From: an uncultured Candidatus Saccharibacteria bacterium
GTDB lineage: Bacteria; Patescibacteriota; Dojkabacteria; SC72
Length of the DNA: 64,000 nt
Assembly (NCBI GenBank): GCA_964514595.1
Contig: CAZEQZ010000002.1
Location: 250,898-314,897 of the forward strand
Direction of reading: 5' to 3'
A program made the translations under genes and the position numbers. Positions 38,840 to 49,589 of this stretch are shown in pieces. Position 1 is the first letter of the stretch; the number at the start of each line of letters is the position of its first letter. The notes below the pieces were generated by a model. It worked only from the letters and a program-made list of their open reading frames with translations. It had not been told where the DNA came from and did not search any database.

Positions 38840-41800
38840 TTTCTTTTACCTCCTCTTCCTTAGGTTTAGTAGAAATTAAATCAAGGTTTAGACAAAGAGC
38901 ATTTAATTCCTTGACTAATACTTTAAATGACTCTGGGATATTAACATTCTCTATTTTATCCCCATGTATAATAGCTTTATAGGCTGCAGATCTACCCTTA
39001 ATATCATCCGATTTAATAGTTAACATTTCCTGTAGAGCATAAGGAGCCGTGTGTGCCTCTAGAGCCCAGACTTCCATTTCTCCAAATCTTTGCCCACCCA
39101 TTTGTGCTTTTCCTCCTAATGGCTGTTGCGAGACTGCTGTGTATGGCCCTGTTGATCTTGCATGTACTTTTTCATCTGCAATGTGATGAAGTTTAAGAAC
39201 ATATTTAGTCCCTACTGTAATTTTATTTGGGAACTTTTTACCTGTTCTACCATCATATAAATCAACCTTCTCTTCCATATTTTCTCCAACTTTCTCTAGT
39301 TCTTCCTTCATCCATTCAAGATTTTCCCCTTCAAATATTGGGAAAGCCAATTTCTCATTAATCATCTCCGCATATCTTCCAAAATGTACTTCCTCTGCCT
39401 GACCCATATTCATTCTCTTAAGGAATGTTGGGGTTAAGACAATATCCACCGGTTCCCCATCTTCTGTGAATGGCATATCTTCTATCGGCCTAATTGCAGC
39501 AATTGTATTTTTGTCTCCGTGTCTTCCTGCTATTTTGTCTCCGAAGTCTATCTTTTTCGTATTAGCAACCCATACCTTTACTTCATGTAATACTCCTGGT
39601 TGTAGTTTATCTCCCTTTTCAGCAGAGAGTACCTGACTTCTTACAACTATTCCCTCTTCTCCATGAGGTATTCTTAGAGAGTTATCTCTAACATCACTCG
39701 CCGATTCTCCAAAAATTGCTCTTAGTAATCTCTCTTCAGCCGTAAGCTCTTTCTCTCCTCTTGGTGCAACTACCCCTACCAATATATCTCCTGATTTTAC
39801 TCTTACTCCCGATCTCACAATTCCTCTATCATCCAATTTTCTCAATATCCTTTCATTAACGTGAGGAATGTCCGCAGTTATTATTTCAGGTCCTAATTCT
39901 GTATCACGAACAGATACTGTATGCTCTCTAATGTGTACAGATGTTAGAAGGTCATTTCTTACAATCCTCTCCGATATTATGACCGAATCCTCATAGTTAT
40001 ACCCTTCATAGAACATTAGTGCAGCTTTTAAGTTTATACCAACCGAAAGCTCTCCCCCGACCATTGTTGGACCATCTACTAACACATCTCCCTTCTTAAA
40101 TTTACTACCTGTATCTAGTGCAGGTCTCTGAGTAAAAGATGTATTATCATTACTTCTGTAGAAAGAAAGTAACTCATATTCCCTTAATCCTAATTCTTTA
40201 TACTTTACAGATACTCTATTAGCATCTGCATACAGGACTTCACCATCATCTTTTGCAAAAATTCCCCACGAAGATTGTCTTGCAACAACCTCTTCCAATC
40301 CTGTTCCAACGACAGGTGCTTCCTGTTTAACAAGGGGCACTGCTTGCCTCTGCATGTTTGAACCTGTCAACGCACGCATAGCATCATTGTGGGAAACAAA
40401 AGGAATTAGTGCCATACCCAATCCTGCCTGTTGACTTGCTAATACATCAACGTATTTCACAATATCTACATCCTCAATCATGAAATCGCCACCGTGTCTA
40501 ACTGGGACCAAGGTATCAGTTATGTTTCCATACTCATCTGTATTGATGGTAGCAGAAGAGATATAGTGCTTCTCTTCGTCCATTGCGTCTAAATACTCTA
40601 TCTCATCCATTAAGAATGGCTTTACCTTGACTGTTTTAACATCTTTAAGTTTTGTTATTTTCTCAACTAAAATTTCATCTATTTTTTCTCCTGCCTTTGC
40701 TACTTTATTATTCCCCTTTTTAATATCTTCGGCCAATATTCTGTTAAGTAGATTCGTTTTGTTATTATTTACCTTACTAGAAACCTTTCTATATGGTGCC
40801 TCTAGGAAGCCAAATTCATTTATTCTAGCCAACATAGCAAGCTGTACAACAACACCTATATTTGAACTTTCTGGACTTGTCACAGGGTCAAACTTGGAAT
40901 AGTGAGAATTATGTACCTCACGAATTGAGAACGTTGCTCTCTCCTTTGCTATACCCCCAGGGCCACCAGCAGTTACTTTTCTCTTATTTTCCAACTCTGA
41001 AAGAATATTTGTCTGATCCATGAAGCTAGAGAGTGCATTTGCTCCAAAGAAAGATTGTATAGAAGCTGCTATTGGTTTAGTACTTATTAACATAGATGGT
41101 GTAACCTTTGCGTCTTGCCCATATAAACTCATCTTATCTTTAATATTCTTTTCCAACCTTCTAATACCCGAATTAAGCTGTCTTTCAAGGATCTCTCCCA
41201 CACTTCTAATCCTCCTATTACAAAGATGATCTATATCATCAGGATCAACCACCCCGTTATTGATTTGAATTAATCTCTTTACTATTAAAACAATATCGGA
41301 GGGGTATAATACAACCTGCTCTGGATCATTAATATCATATTTAGTACCTAGCTTCCTATTTAATTGGTATCTGCCAATTTTCCCTAAGTCAAATTTTCTT
41401 GGATTAAAGAAGTTACTTTTAATATATCTCTCAGCACTTTCTAAAGTCACAGATTCATCAGGCCTTAGTTTATTGTATATACTAATAACTGCCTCCTCTT
41501 TACTATTCGTAAAATCTCTTGCTAATGTCGCCTCTATATATTTGTACTCCTCATGAGTATCTACATCAGAAAAAAGCTTCCTAATTTCATCATCACTCTC
41601 CCACCCAAATACCCTAAGAAGTTCTGTTATTAATACCTTGGGTCTTTTAGGAAGAATTCTCATAGAGATAACATTATGCCTATTTGTATCCACTTCGTAC
41701 CATGGACCCCTTCCAGGCATCAATCGCACTTTATATAGACTTCTAAGAGGAAGTTTCTCAGATTCTTCATACAGTACACCCTCAGCCCTTACTATCTGAT

Positions 41801-42203
41801 GAGTTACAACTCTTCTAACACCATTAAAAACAAAAACCCCATCATCTGTCATGACGGGGAGATCAGTTACAAATATCTCCTGCTCCTTGATTTCTCCTGT
41901 CTTATTATTTAAAAGTTGCACCTTCGCATACACAGGAATCTCATATGACAAACCTTTACTTATAGCTTCCTCTACACTTCTGTAAGGTTCGCCATATTTA
42001 AAATCTTTGAATTCCAAGGTCCACATTCTCTCCATAGTATCCTTTACAGGATTTATTTCAGAGAAAAGCCTTTGGAACCCATTATCTTGAAAATCCTTAA
42101 AAGAAGCAATCTGTGCCTCTATCAAATTTGGGAATTCCATCTCACCGGAATAGTTTAATCCCAAATTTATTCTTCCGGATCTACTACGCTTGGGTTTTAC
42201 CAT
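38826..42203 (-). CDS. rpoB: RNA polymerase beta subunit
   Basis: FMDQTN, GSNMQRQAVP, GYNYEDS, GGQRFGEMEVWALEA. Confidence 0.99.
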   Translation of the reverse strand: MVKPKRSRSGRINLGLNYSGEMEFPNLIEAQIASFKDFQDNGFQRLFSEINPVKDTMERMWTLEFKDFKYGEPYRSVEEAISKGLSYEIPVYAKVQLLNNKTGEIKEQEIFVTDLPVMTDDGVFVFNGVRRVVTHQIVRAEGVLYEESEKLPLRSLYKVRLMPGRGPWYEVDTNRHNVISMRILPKRPKVLITELLRVFGWESDDEIRKLFSDVDTHEEYKYIEATLARDFTNSKEEAVISIYNKLRPDESVTLESAERYIKSNFFNPRKFDLGKIGRYQLNRKLGTKYDINDPEQVVLYPSDIVLIVKRLIQINNGVVDPDDIDHLCNRRIRSVGEILERQLNSGIRRLEKNIKDKMSLYGQDAKVTPSMLISTKPIAASIQSFFGANALSSFMDQTNILSELENKRKVTAGGPGGIAKERATFSIREVHNSHYSKFDPVTSPESSNIGVVVQLAMLARINEFGFLEAPYRKVSSKVNNNKTNLLNRILAEDIKKGNNKVAKAGEKIDEILVEKITKLKDVKTVKVKPFLMDEIEYLDAMDEEKHYISSATINTDEYGNITDTLVPVRHGGDFMIEDVDIVKYVDVLASQQAGLGMALIPFVSHNDAMRALTGSNMQRQAVPLVKQEAPVVGTGLEEVVARQSSWGIFAKDDGEVLYADANRVSVKYKELGLREYELLSFYRSNDNTSFTQRPALDTGSKFKKGDVLVDGPTMVGGELSVGINLKAALMFYEGYNYEDSVIISERIVRNDLLTSVHIREHTVSVRDTELGPEIITADIPHVNERILRKLDDRGIVRSGVRVKSGDILVGVVAPRGEKELTAEERLLRAIFGESASDVRDNSLRIPHGEEGIVVRSQVLSAEKGDKLQPGVLHEVKVWVANTKKIDFGDKIAGRHGDKNTIAAIRPIEDMPFTEDGEPVDIVLTPTFLKRMNMGQAEEVHFGRYAEMINEKLAFPIFEGENLEWMKEELEKVGENMEEKVDLYDGRTGKKFPNKITVGTKYVLKLHHIADEKVHARSTGPYTAVSQQPLGGKAQMGGQRFGEMEVWALEAHTAPYALQEMLTIKSDDIKGRSAAYKAIIHGDKIENVNIPESFKVLVKELNALCLNLDLISTKPKEEEVKENEEN

Positions 42204-42319
42204 AGGATATGTTTTTAGTAATGTTATAAGATATTAACATATAAGAAGCAGTACAAAAACAATTCACTCAAGAATCTTAAATTATACCGCTCTAAAAGCA
42301 AAATTCAGGGACTCGAAGG

Positions 42320-42348
42320 ATATTATCATATTTAAGTGTAATAGTCAA
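42320..42348 (-). promoter_or_regulatory. sigma70 promoter for the rpoB operon
   Basis: TTGACT-N17-TAATAT with an extended TG, about 115 nt upstream of rpoB. Confidence 0.55.
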
Positions 42349-42461
42349 AGGTTTTCTGTATAATTTTAATATATTTTAGAGAATACAATTTTGACAGAAA
42401 TATAATATACTGTATTCTATCTTTGTAAAAATATCCTTAATATCTTATCATATACCATAAA

Positions 42462-44702
42462 ATGCCCAGGAAAAAGAAGAAAAAACCTATTACTATACAA
42501 AGTAGCGAAACCAAGATACTCTTTGGTTTAATACTTTTTTTAAGTGGCCTAACAATATTAATATCTTCGTTTGTACCACAAAATTCTCCTCTATTTGATC
42601 AGATAACTTTGAAATTGGGTTATTCATCAATAGTATGGGGATTATTTTTAATGTATGTTTCTTTCTTTTTGCTCACCAAAAACAAAAGATTTATATCAGG
42701 GAAACAAGCCGGAGGATTATTTCTTTTTTCAGCATGCTTAAGTATTCTCCTTTCCTTTTGGCAAATAGAGGAGCAATTAAACAATCCAGATGCACTAAGA
42801 GGTGCCGGTGGAGAATTAGGAAAACTCTTTCACCTTTCCTTGAATAATGTATTCGGAAGTTTCATTGAGATAGTAATTGTATTAATACTTCTGATAATAT
42901 CTTTCTCCTTAATTACAGGAACTACACTTGAACAGATTAGAGACTTTCTTGAATCTTCCGTTCCTGAAGATAAGGAACAACAGGGCGGAATCTTTGATGT
43001 GGGTTCTTTCTTTAAGAAATTAAGTTCTTCCAAAGAAAACGATATCGACATATCAACTGGAGAAGTTGCAGAGCCAAAGATAGAGACCGAAGAGGACATA
43101 CAGAAGAGGTTAGATAGTATTCTCACGGCAGATGAAGGGAAAGAACCAGAACCCTCGCAAAAGGATGATGATTTTGATGAGAATCTTGTAGATTCAGTCA
43201 AAATATCGGACGAGGTGGAAGACAGAGAACCACAAAAACCTAAATATACTGATTGGGTATTTCCAAATACAGAGATATTACAAGAACCTGAGGTTCAAAA
43301 ACAGAATAAGGAGCTATACAAAGAGAAAGCTCTCGTAATTGAACAAACTCTTCGGAGTTTTGGGATACAAGCAAAGGTTGTCCAGGTATCTGTAGGCCCT
43401 ACAGTACTAAGATTTTCCCTAAGTATTAGTGTGGGCGTAAAGGTTTCAAGAATCAAGAACTTAAGTAATGATTTAGCATTGGCTCTAGCATCTCAAACAT
43501 CTTCTGTTAGAATAGAGGCCCCTATCCCAGGCACATCCTATGTAGGGGTGGAAATACCAAATCCAACCCCCAATTTTGTATACACTAAGGACATGATCCT
43601 AAGACTTAAGAAAGAAAAGGATAAGTTTGAACTACCACTAATACTTGGAAAAGACATTACTGCCAGAACATGTATTAGAGATTTAGCTAAAATACCACAC
43701 TTGCTCGTAGCTGGGGCCACAGGTACTGGGAAATCTGTTGCTATCAACTCCCTCCTAACAGGACTCCTTATGACCAAAAGTCCTGACGAAGTGAAATTCA
43801 TTATGATAGACCCTAAGATGGGAGTGGAGATGGCCATATATAATGGTATACCTCATCTTCTAAATCCAGTTATCACTGATCCCGAATCCGTAATTAACGC
43901 TCTTCAATGGAGCATCGAGGAAATGATGAGAAGATACAGACAATTAAAACAGGTTAGAGCCAAGAAGCTAACAGAATACAACAAAAAGGTTGGATATATG
44001 GCAATGCCATACATCGTTATTGTAATTGACGAAATGGCAGATCTTATTCTCACATCTGGGATTGAGGTGGAAACCAAGATACAACGATTAGCACAAATGG
44101 GAAGAGCCGTTGGTATACACTTAATTCTCGCTACACAAAAACCCACTGTTAACGTAATCACGGGTTTGATTAAATCGAATATCCCGGGAAGAATGGCCTT
44201 TGCTGTTGCAACCAGTATGGATTCTAGGGTAATTCTTGACGAATCTGGTGCAGAAACGCTATTAGGAAATGGAGACATGCTCTATAAAGACCAAACAACT
44301 CCTAAATCCCTTAGAATACAAGGTACATACACCTCCACAGAGGATTCTGAGAGTGTAATAAAGGCAATTAAAGAGCAAGTTAAGGAGGAAGAAATTGAAT
44401 ATTCAGAAGATCTGTCAGAAGCTATAGAGAAAGGCGTTACAGAAGAATCTCCCAATGGCTCAAGTGAAAGAGATCCTGATTTTGAGAAAGCTTTAGCAGT
44501 CGTCATCGCCACACAGAAGGCATCCTCATCTTTCCTTCAACGTAAAATGAAAATTGGATACAACAAAGCGGCAAGATTAATAGATGAACTATACGAAGCT
44601 GGAGCCATAGGACCTCAGGACGGATCTAAGCCAAGAAAAGTACTAATATCCTCCCCAGACCAGATCTCCGCTCTCAACAAAGGTGACGAAAGTGGTGAAT
44701 AA
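42462..44702 (+). CDS. ftsK: DNA translocase FtsK
   Basis: 4TM N-terminus, RIEAPIPG, PHLLVAGATGTGKS, IDEMADL, gamma domain LQRKMKIGYNKAARLID. Confidence 0.97.
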   Translation: MPRKKKKKPITIQSSETKILFGLILFLSGLTILISSFVPQNSPLFDQITLKLGYSSIVWGLFLMYVSFFLLTKNKRFISGKQAGGLFLFSACLSILLSFWQIEEQLNNPDALRGAGGELGKLFHLSLNNVFGSFIEIVIVLILLIISFSLITGTTLEQIRDFLESSVPEDKEQQGGIFDVGSFFKKLSSSKENDIDISTGEVAEPKIETEEDIQKRLDSILTADEGKEPEPSQKDDDFDENLVDSVKISDEVEDREPQKPKYTDWVFPNTEILQEPEVQKQNKELYKEKALVIEQTLRSFGIQAKVVQVSVGPTVLRFSLSISVGVKVSRIKNLSNDLALALASQTSSVRIEAPIPGTSYVGVEIPNPTPNFVYTKDMILRLKKEKDKFELPLILGKDITARTCIRDLAKIPHLLVAGATGTGKSVAINSLLTGLLMTKSPDEVKFIMIDPKMGVEMAIYNGIPHLLNPVITDPESVINALQWSIEEMMRRYRQLKQVRAKKLTEYNKKVGYMAMPYIVIVIDEMADLILTSGIEVETKIQRLAQMGRAVGIHLILATQKPTVNVITGLIKSNIPGRMAFAVATSMDSRVILDESGAETLLGNGDMLYKDQTTPKSLRIQGTYTSTEDSESVIKAIKEQVKEEEIEYSEDLSEAIEKGVTEESPNGSSERDPDFEKALAVVIATQKASSSFLQRKMKIGYNKAARLIDELYEAGAIGPQDGSKPRKVLISSPDQISALNKGDESGE

Positions 44703-44717
44703 GTAGTAGAATAGGAG

Positions 44718-45659
44718 ATGATTACAGCGGGAGAAGTATTAAAAAACAAAAGAGAATCATTAGGAAAAAGCATAGAGACTGCCTCCTTGGATACTAAGAT
44801 ACAGAGACGCTTTCTTCAATACATAGAGAACAATCAATTTTCCTTTTTCGATTCCGAAGTATTCCTAACAGGATTTATAAAAATATACGCACAATATCTA
44901 AACCTTGATGTTGACAAAGTATTAGCACTATACAGAAGAAGTAATCCTAAAAGAAAAGAACCCAAATCCCTTAAAAAGGAACCCAAACTTCCTAAGAGGG
45001 GGATTAGAGCGGATCTATTAAATCCAAAAACAGTAATAACTACTCTGTTAATACTATTTTTAACCTTAATAATAGGATACATAGGTTTTCAAATATATAA
45101 GTTTCAAAGCCCCCCCGAACTAAATATCACAGAACCTCTTTCCGACATAGAGACAAAATTGGAAGAAATTTCTGTAAAAGGAAAAACCGAAATAAATACA
45201 ACTGTAGAAATTAATGGCACTTCCCTAGAACCAAATGATAATGGAACGTTTGAAAAGATAGTAAAGTTAAATGAAGGAATTAATATTATAACTATCCGAG
45301 CGAGAAAAGATGGCAATAACACTCTAGAAACAGTAGTGACTAGAAAAGTTACACTCATCAAACCTCAAGAAGATTCGGAAGATGGAGATCAATCCCCGGA
45401 AAGTATCCTAAAATTAGAAATAACCGATTCTTCTGCCTGGATAAGATTGGATATAGATGATGAAAATAAACTTTCACAAGTGGTAGAACCATCTACATTG
45501 GAATACCCTGTTAATAACAAATTTTATATAATAACTGGAAGAGTAAGTAGCACGAAACTGTACTATAACAACATTCCTGTAGAGTGGAGACCCACACAAA
45601 CAACTGGCGTAGCCGAGCTTTCCTGTACCGTATCAGAATTCACAATCACTTGTGAATAA
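44718..45659 (+). CDS. rodZ: RodZ-like protein (HTH_25, TM, Ig-like extracellular domain)
   Basis: GEVLKNKRE...FLTGFIKIYAQYLNLD, a single TM, and position after ftsK. Confidence 0.7.
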   Translation: MITAGEVLKNKRESLGKSIETASLDTKIQRRFLQYIENNQFSFFDSEVFLTGFIKIYAQYLNLDVDKVLALYRRSNPKRKEPKSLKKEPKLPKRGIRADLLNPKTVITTLLILFLTLIIGYIGFQIYKFQSPPELNITEPLSDIETKLEEISVKGKTEINTTVEINGTSLEPNDNGTFEKIVKLNEGINIITIRARKDGNNTLETVVTRKVTLIKPQEDSEDGDQSPESILKLEITDSSAWIRLDIDDENKLSQVVEPSTLEYPVNNKFYIITGRVSSTKLYYNNIPVEWRPTQTTGVAELSCTVSEFTITCE

Positions 45660-45698
45660 AAGCTCAAATATCCCATAAATGATATAATCTATCCAACA

Positions 45699-47414
45699 AT
45701 GGATTCTGATAATAATCAAATAGAAGAAATTAAAAATAGGCTTGATATCGTTCAGGTAATAGAAAAATACGTAAAACTTAAGCAGGCTGGGAAAAATTTC
45801 TCAGGACTTTGCCCATTCCACAACGAGAAAACCCCTTCTTTTATAGTAAGCCCAGACCTACAAAGATACAAATGCTTTGGATGTGGGGAGACAGGGGATA
45901 TATACAATTTCCTTCAGAAGATAGAGAATATCGATTTCCCAGAAGCTTTAGAAAGATTAGCAAAACAAGCAGGCGTAGAGTTAAAAAAACAACCTGTGAA
46001 CTCTAAATTTAAAATTCTGGAGGATATAAATTACAACGCTACAAAGTATTTCTATAGCGAATTAAAGAAAAATTCAACGGCACTTAAATATTTAAATGAA
46101 AGAGGATTTAACCAAGAATCTATAAAAACATTTGGTGTTGGATACGCTCCTAAATATCCCAAACTAAAAAATTATCTTTCGAAAATAAAACAGTACAGTA
46201 ATCAAGAGCTGTTAGATTCTGGCCTTTTTACAACCAAGGATGGAATATTAAAAGAAAAGTTCTACGACCGTATAATGTTTCCTATCCGATCCCAGAAAGG
46301 AACAGTACTTGGATTCACAGGAAGGATTCTTCCTGGAAACAACTGGGGTCCTAAGTATATGAACTCTCCCGACACATTGATATTTCATAAAAGAGAGAAT
46401 GTGTTTGGACAGTATGAGTCTAGACAGGAGATTAGAAAAAACGACCTAGCAATACTATGCGAAGGCTCCACAGATGTTATATCTGCACATCAACATGGAA
46501 TAAGAAATATTGTAGCACCACTAGGGACTGGGCTCGGGAAGGAACAACTAATCAATCTGTCACGACTAACAAAGAATTTTCTTTTCTTTTTCGATAGCGA
46601 TGAAGCAGGTAACAATGCTTTGATTAGAGCTTTTAAAATAGCTTCCGAATTAAGATTGAATCCATACGCCACAAATGCCGCACCCTATAAAGATGTAGAT
46701 GAAATTTTACAAAAGGATCCAAAGAAAATGAAATCCTTGATTGAAAACAAAAAAGAGGCATTTTCATTTATACTTTCTAACTACATAGAAAATAAAAATC
46801 TAAACAAATTAGAGGATATCAACAAGGTAAGAACCCTTATAGGCCAACTGTTAGAGACGGTTGCTGATTCAGCCATCAAAGAGCACTACATCAACAAGGC
46901 CTCCACCATAACCAAAATAGCACTGACTGAATTTCGAGAAGAAAAAACAGAAGAAAAAAGAGGCCTAGAGAATAAAACTACCCTTCCCGTGAAATTGGTT
47001 AATAATATTTTAGAGAAGAAATATATACAGTTACTGCTTTTGCTAGAGGAACCTTTGAAACGAAATCTCGTAACGGAGAATCACTTCGCCGAAGAAAAAC
47101 TTAAACAGATTTACAAAGAAATAATTGCTGGGAATTGGAGATCCAAGGAGGCCCTTTTCTCGAAACTGAGACGCAAAGAGGAGTTAGCCGAAACTTTCGA
47201 GAATCTTCTATTTGATCTAGCTGACATACCAACTTCCCAAGAAGAAATTAAAATGGAACTGGATAACCTGGAGAAGAGATTGATAAACGAACATTTGAGA
47301 AGAAAGCAGAAGGAAATAAGCGTTAAAATAGCTATAGCAGAGGAGAAGGGAGATTTAAAGACCTCTCAAAAATACTTAAAAGAATTAACCGAAATAAATA
47401 ACATGTTAAAATGA
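45699..47414 (+). CDS. dnaG: DNA primase
   Basis: CPFHNEKTPSF..CFGC, RIMFPI, PKYMNSP, EGSTDV, FDSDEAG. Confidence 0.97.
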   Translation: MDSDNNQIEEIKNRLDIVQVIEKYVKLKQAGKNFSGLCPFHNEKTPSFIVSPDLQRYKCFGCGETGDIYNFLQKIENIDFPEALERLAKQAGVELKKQPVNSKFKILEDINYNATKYFYSELKKNSTALKYLNERGFNQESIKTFGVGYAPKYPKLKNYLSKIKQYSNQELLDSGLFTTKDGILKEKFYDRIMFPIRSQKGTVLGFTGRILPGNNWGPKYMNSPDTLIFHKRENVFGQYESRQEIRKNDLAILCEGSTDVISAHQHGIRNIVAPLGTGLGKEQLINLSRLTKNFLFFFDSDEAGNNALIRAFKIASELRLNPYATNAAPYKDVDEILQKDPKKMKSLIENKKEAFSFILSNYIENKNLNKLEDINKVRTLIGQLLETVADSAIKEHYINKASTITKIALTEFREEKTEEKRGLENKTTLPVKLVNNILEKKYIQLLLLLEEPLKRNLVTENHFAEEKLKQIYKEIIAGNWRSKEALFSKLRRKEELAETFENLLFDLADIPTSQEEIKMELDNLEKRLINEHLRRKQKEISVKIAIAEEKGDLKTSQKYLKELTEINNMLK

Positions 47415-48355
47415 AATTAATGGCAGAGATATCTGATTATGACAAATTTGATTACGATTACTCCACCTACTGGAAAGGAAGGAGTTATGAAAACTCCGCC
47501 GAGAAGCATATATTAAACAAAGTCTTTAATTCAAAAAGAGGCCAGTTGTTCCTAGATATAGGGGGATCATATGGGAGATTAACATCAACTTATCACGAAC
47601 AGTACAAAAAACCAATTATTCTGGATTATTCCTTAAAAACATTACAAAGAAACAATGAAATACTACAAAGTAAGTATCCTAATGTGGAATTAATTGCTGC
47701 AAATGCATATAAATTACCCTTTAAGAACAATTCTTTCGATGGAGCACTGATGGTAAGGGTATTGCATCATATTGAAAAACCTAAGATCTATTTTAAGGAA
47801 TTAAGAAGGATATTAAAACACGACTCTACATATGTTCAGGAATATGCGAATAAAAAACATATCAAAGCTGTAATAAGGGCGTTATTAAAATTGGATCTGT
47901 CAATATTTTCTCCAGAACCGTACCAACAACCAAAAGCTCATAACTCCGAAGGCTCTCAAGATGATCAGGAGAGCATTTTCTACAACTATCACCCAAAATA
48001 TATTAAGAACTTATTACAAACTAACAAATTTATACTGAAGAAAAAATACGGCTGTTCATTCTTAAGATCACCACTCATAAAGAAGATTTTCAATGATGAT
48101 ATCTTGATGTTTTTTGAAAAGATATTTCAAGAAACCCTTTCCTGGAGCGACATTTCTCCTAGCATATTCTTAGACACACAAGTCAAGAAAGATGAGGGAG
48201 AGTACGACATAGAGGACCTCACCTTGGAAGATATACTTGCATGTCCCACTTGTAAAGACTCCCTTATATTCGAGAGTCACTCTGTTGCTGTATGTAATAA
48301 GTGCTCCCAAAGTTTTTTCAAAAAGGACGGTATTTGGGATTTTAGGGTTAAATAA
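47411..48355 (+). CDS. Class I SAM-dependent methyltransferase with a C-terminal Trm112-like zinc-ribbon domain
   Basis: FLDIGGSYGR, LPFKNNSFD, VLHH; C-terminus LEDILACPTCK...CNKC..F.KKDGIWDF. Confidence 0.8.
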   Translation: MKLMAEISDYDKFDYDYSTYWKGRSYENSAEKHILNKVFNSKRGQLFLDIGGSYGRLTSTYHEQYKKPIILDYSLKTLQRNNEILQSKYPNVELIAANAYKLPFKNNSFDGALMVRVLHHIEKPKIYFKELRRILKHDSTYVQEYANKKHIKAVIRALLKLDLSIFSPEPYQQPKAHNSEGSQDDQESIFYNYHPKYIKNLLQTNKFILKKKYGCSFLRSPLIKKIFNDDILMFFEKIFQETLSWSDISPSIFLDTQVKKDEGEYDIEDLTLEDILACPTCKDSLIFESHSVAVCNKCSQSFFKKDGIWDFRVK

Positions 48356-49116
48356 TGAAAAGTAAAAGATCACTTGGACAAAATTTTTTCATAAATAAGA
48401 ATCTTTGCGAACAAATTGTTGATATAGTAACAAAGGAACAACCTGACCTAATAGTAGAGATCGGGCCGGGGAAAGGATCCTTTACCCAATCTCTTTCAGA
48501 GAAAAACCAGAATCTTCTCCTTATAGAAAAAGACAATAATTTGGCAGAGGACTTAATTAAAAGTTTTCCCAATTCAAAAGTTAGAAATGTCGATTTTCTA
48601 GAGTATAATATGGATGATCTAGATACCTACGGAACAAAAAACATACTTTTCTTTGGATCTCTTCCCTATAACGCAAGCAAACCAATAATAAGAAAAATAA
48701 TTACATCTAAATATTTTAATAGTACTTGCTATTTCATAATTCAGAAAGAGGTAGCGGATAAATACACCGCCAAAGAACCTAACAATAACCTTCTTTCTAT
48801 CGAAACGCATCTATATTCTGACGTAAAGAAGCTCTTTGATATATCACCGGAATCCTTCAAACCAAAGCCAAAGGTAACTAGTTCATTTGTTTGCTTCTCG
48901 CCTAAGAAAAAGATTCCTGATATCGATATGGTCACCTTTAGGAAATTTCTATATATGTGCTTTAAACAGCCCAGAAAAACCATTAAAAATAATCTCAGAG
49001 ATATTGATACACAGAACAGAGGTCAAATAGCAGAATTACTCTCTATGAGGCCTCAACACCTCTCTTTGGATGAATATCTTTTTCTTTTCACTAATGTCAA
49101 AGATCTTTTGATATAA
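48355..49116 (+). CDS. rsmA: 16S rRNA m6,6A dimethyltransferase (KsgA)
   Basis: KRSLGQNF, VEIGPGKG, SLPYN, QKEVA, FKPKPKVTS. Confidence 0.95.
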   Translation: MKSKRSLGQNFFINKNLCEQIVDIVTKEQPDLIVEIGPGKGSFTQSLSEKNQNLLLIEKDNNLAEDLIKSFPNSKVRNVDFLEYNMDDLDTYGTKNILFFGSLPYNASKPIIRKIITSKYFNSTCYFIIQKEVADKYTAKEPNNNLLSIETHLYSDVKKLFDISPESFKPKPKVTSSFVCFSPKKKIPDIDMVTFRKFLYMCFKQPRKTIKNNLRDIDTQNRGQIAELLSMRPQHLSLDEYLFLFTNVKDLLI

Positions 49117-49123
49117 TTAGGCA

Positions 49124-49588
49124 ATGAAAAAAGAAAAAGAAGTTCAGCAGGACGAGATAAAGCAGCTAGACTTAGGCATTAAAGAGCCTTTAAAGAACAA
49201 GTTTTTCAAAATAAAAGGGGAAATCGATTTGGCCATATTGCAATTTGAAGTTAGAAAGTTTTTAAAGGATCCCTTAGTATGGGCAAGTATTATTATATCA
49301 ATCGTATTAATAACACAGCAGATATACTTAATCAGCAATAATTACACCTCACTTCCTGTATACATCCCAGTATACAGATACTTTATCTCCATTCCTCGTA
49401 AATTAGTAGAGAGAGAATATATTATTATATTTCCAATTATTTCCATCATAGCTTCTATACTCTCCCTTATCTTCACCTCCAGATATTACAATAGCGAGAG
49501 ATTATTAACCAAATTCTTACTTTTTGGATTAATACTGTGTAATATATCACAAACCGTTATATTAATTGATTTAGTAAAATTTTTCTAA
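49124..49588 (+). CDS. Hypothetical membrane protein (about 3 TM)
   Basis: Hydrophobic ORF preceded by TGATATAAT; 1 nt before the next gene. Confidence 0.7.
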   Translation: MKKEKEVQQDEIKQLDLGIKEPLKNKFFKIKGEIDLAILQFEVRKFLKDPLVWASIIISIVLITQQIYLISNNYTSLPVYIPVYRYFISIPRKLVEREYIIIFPIISIIASILSLIFTSRYYNSERLLTKFLLFGLILCNISQTVILIDLVKFF

Positions 49589-49589
49589 T

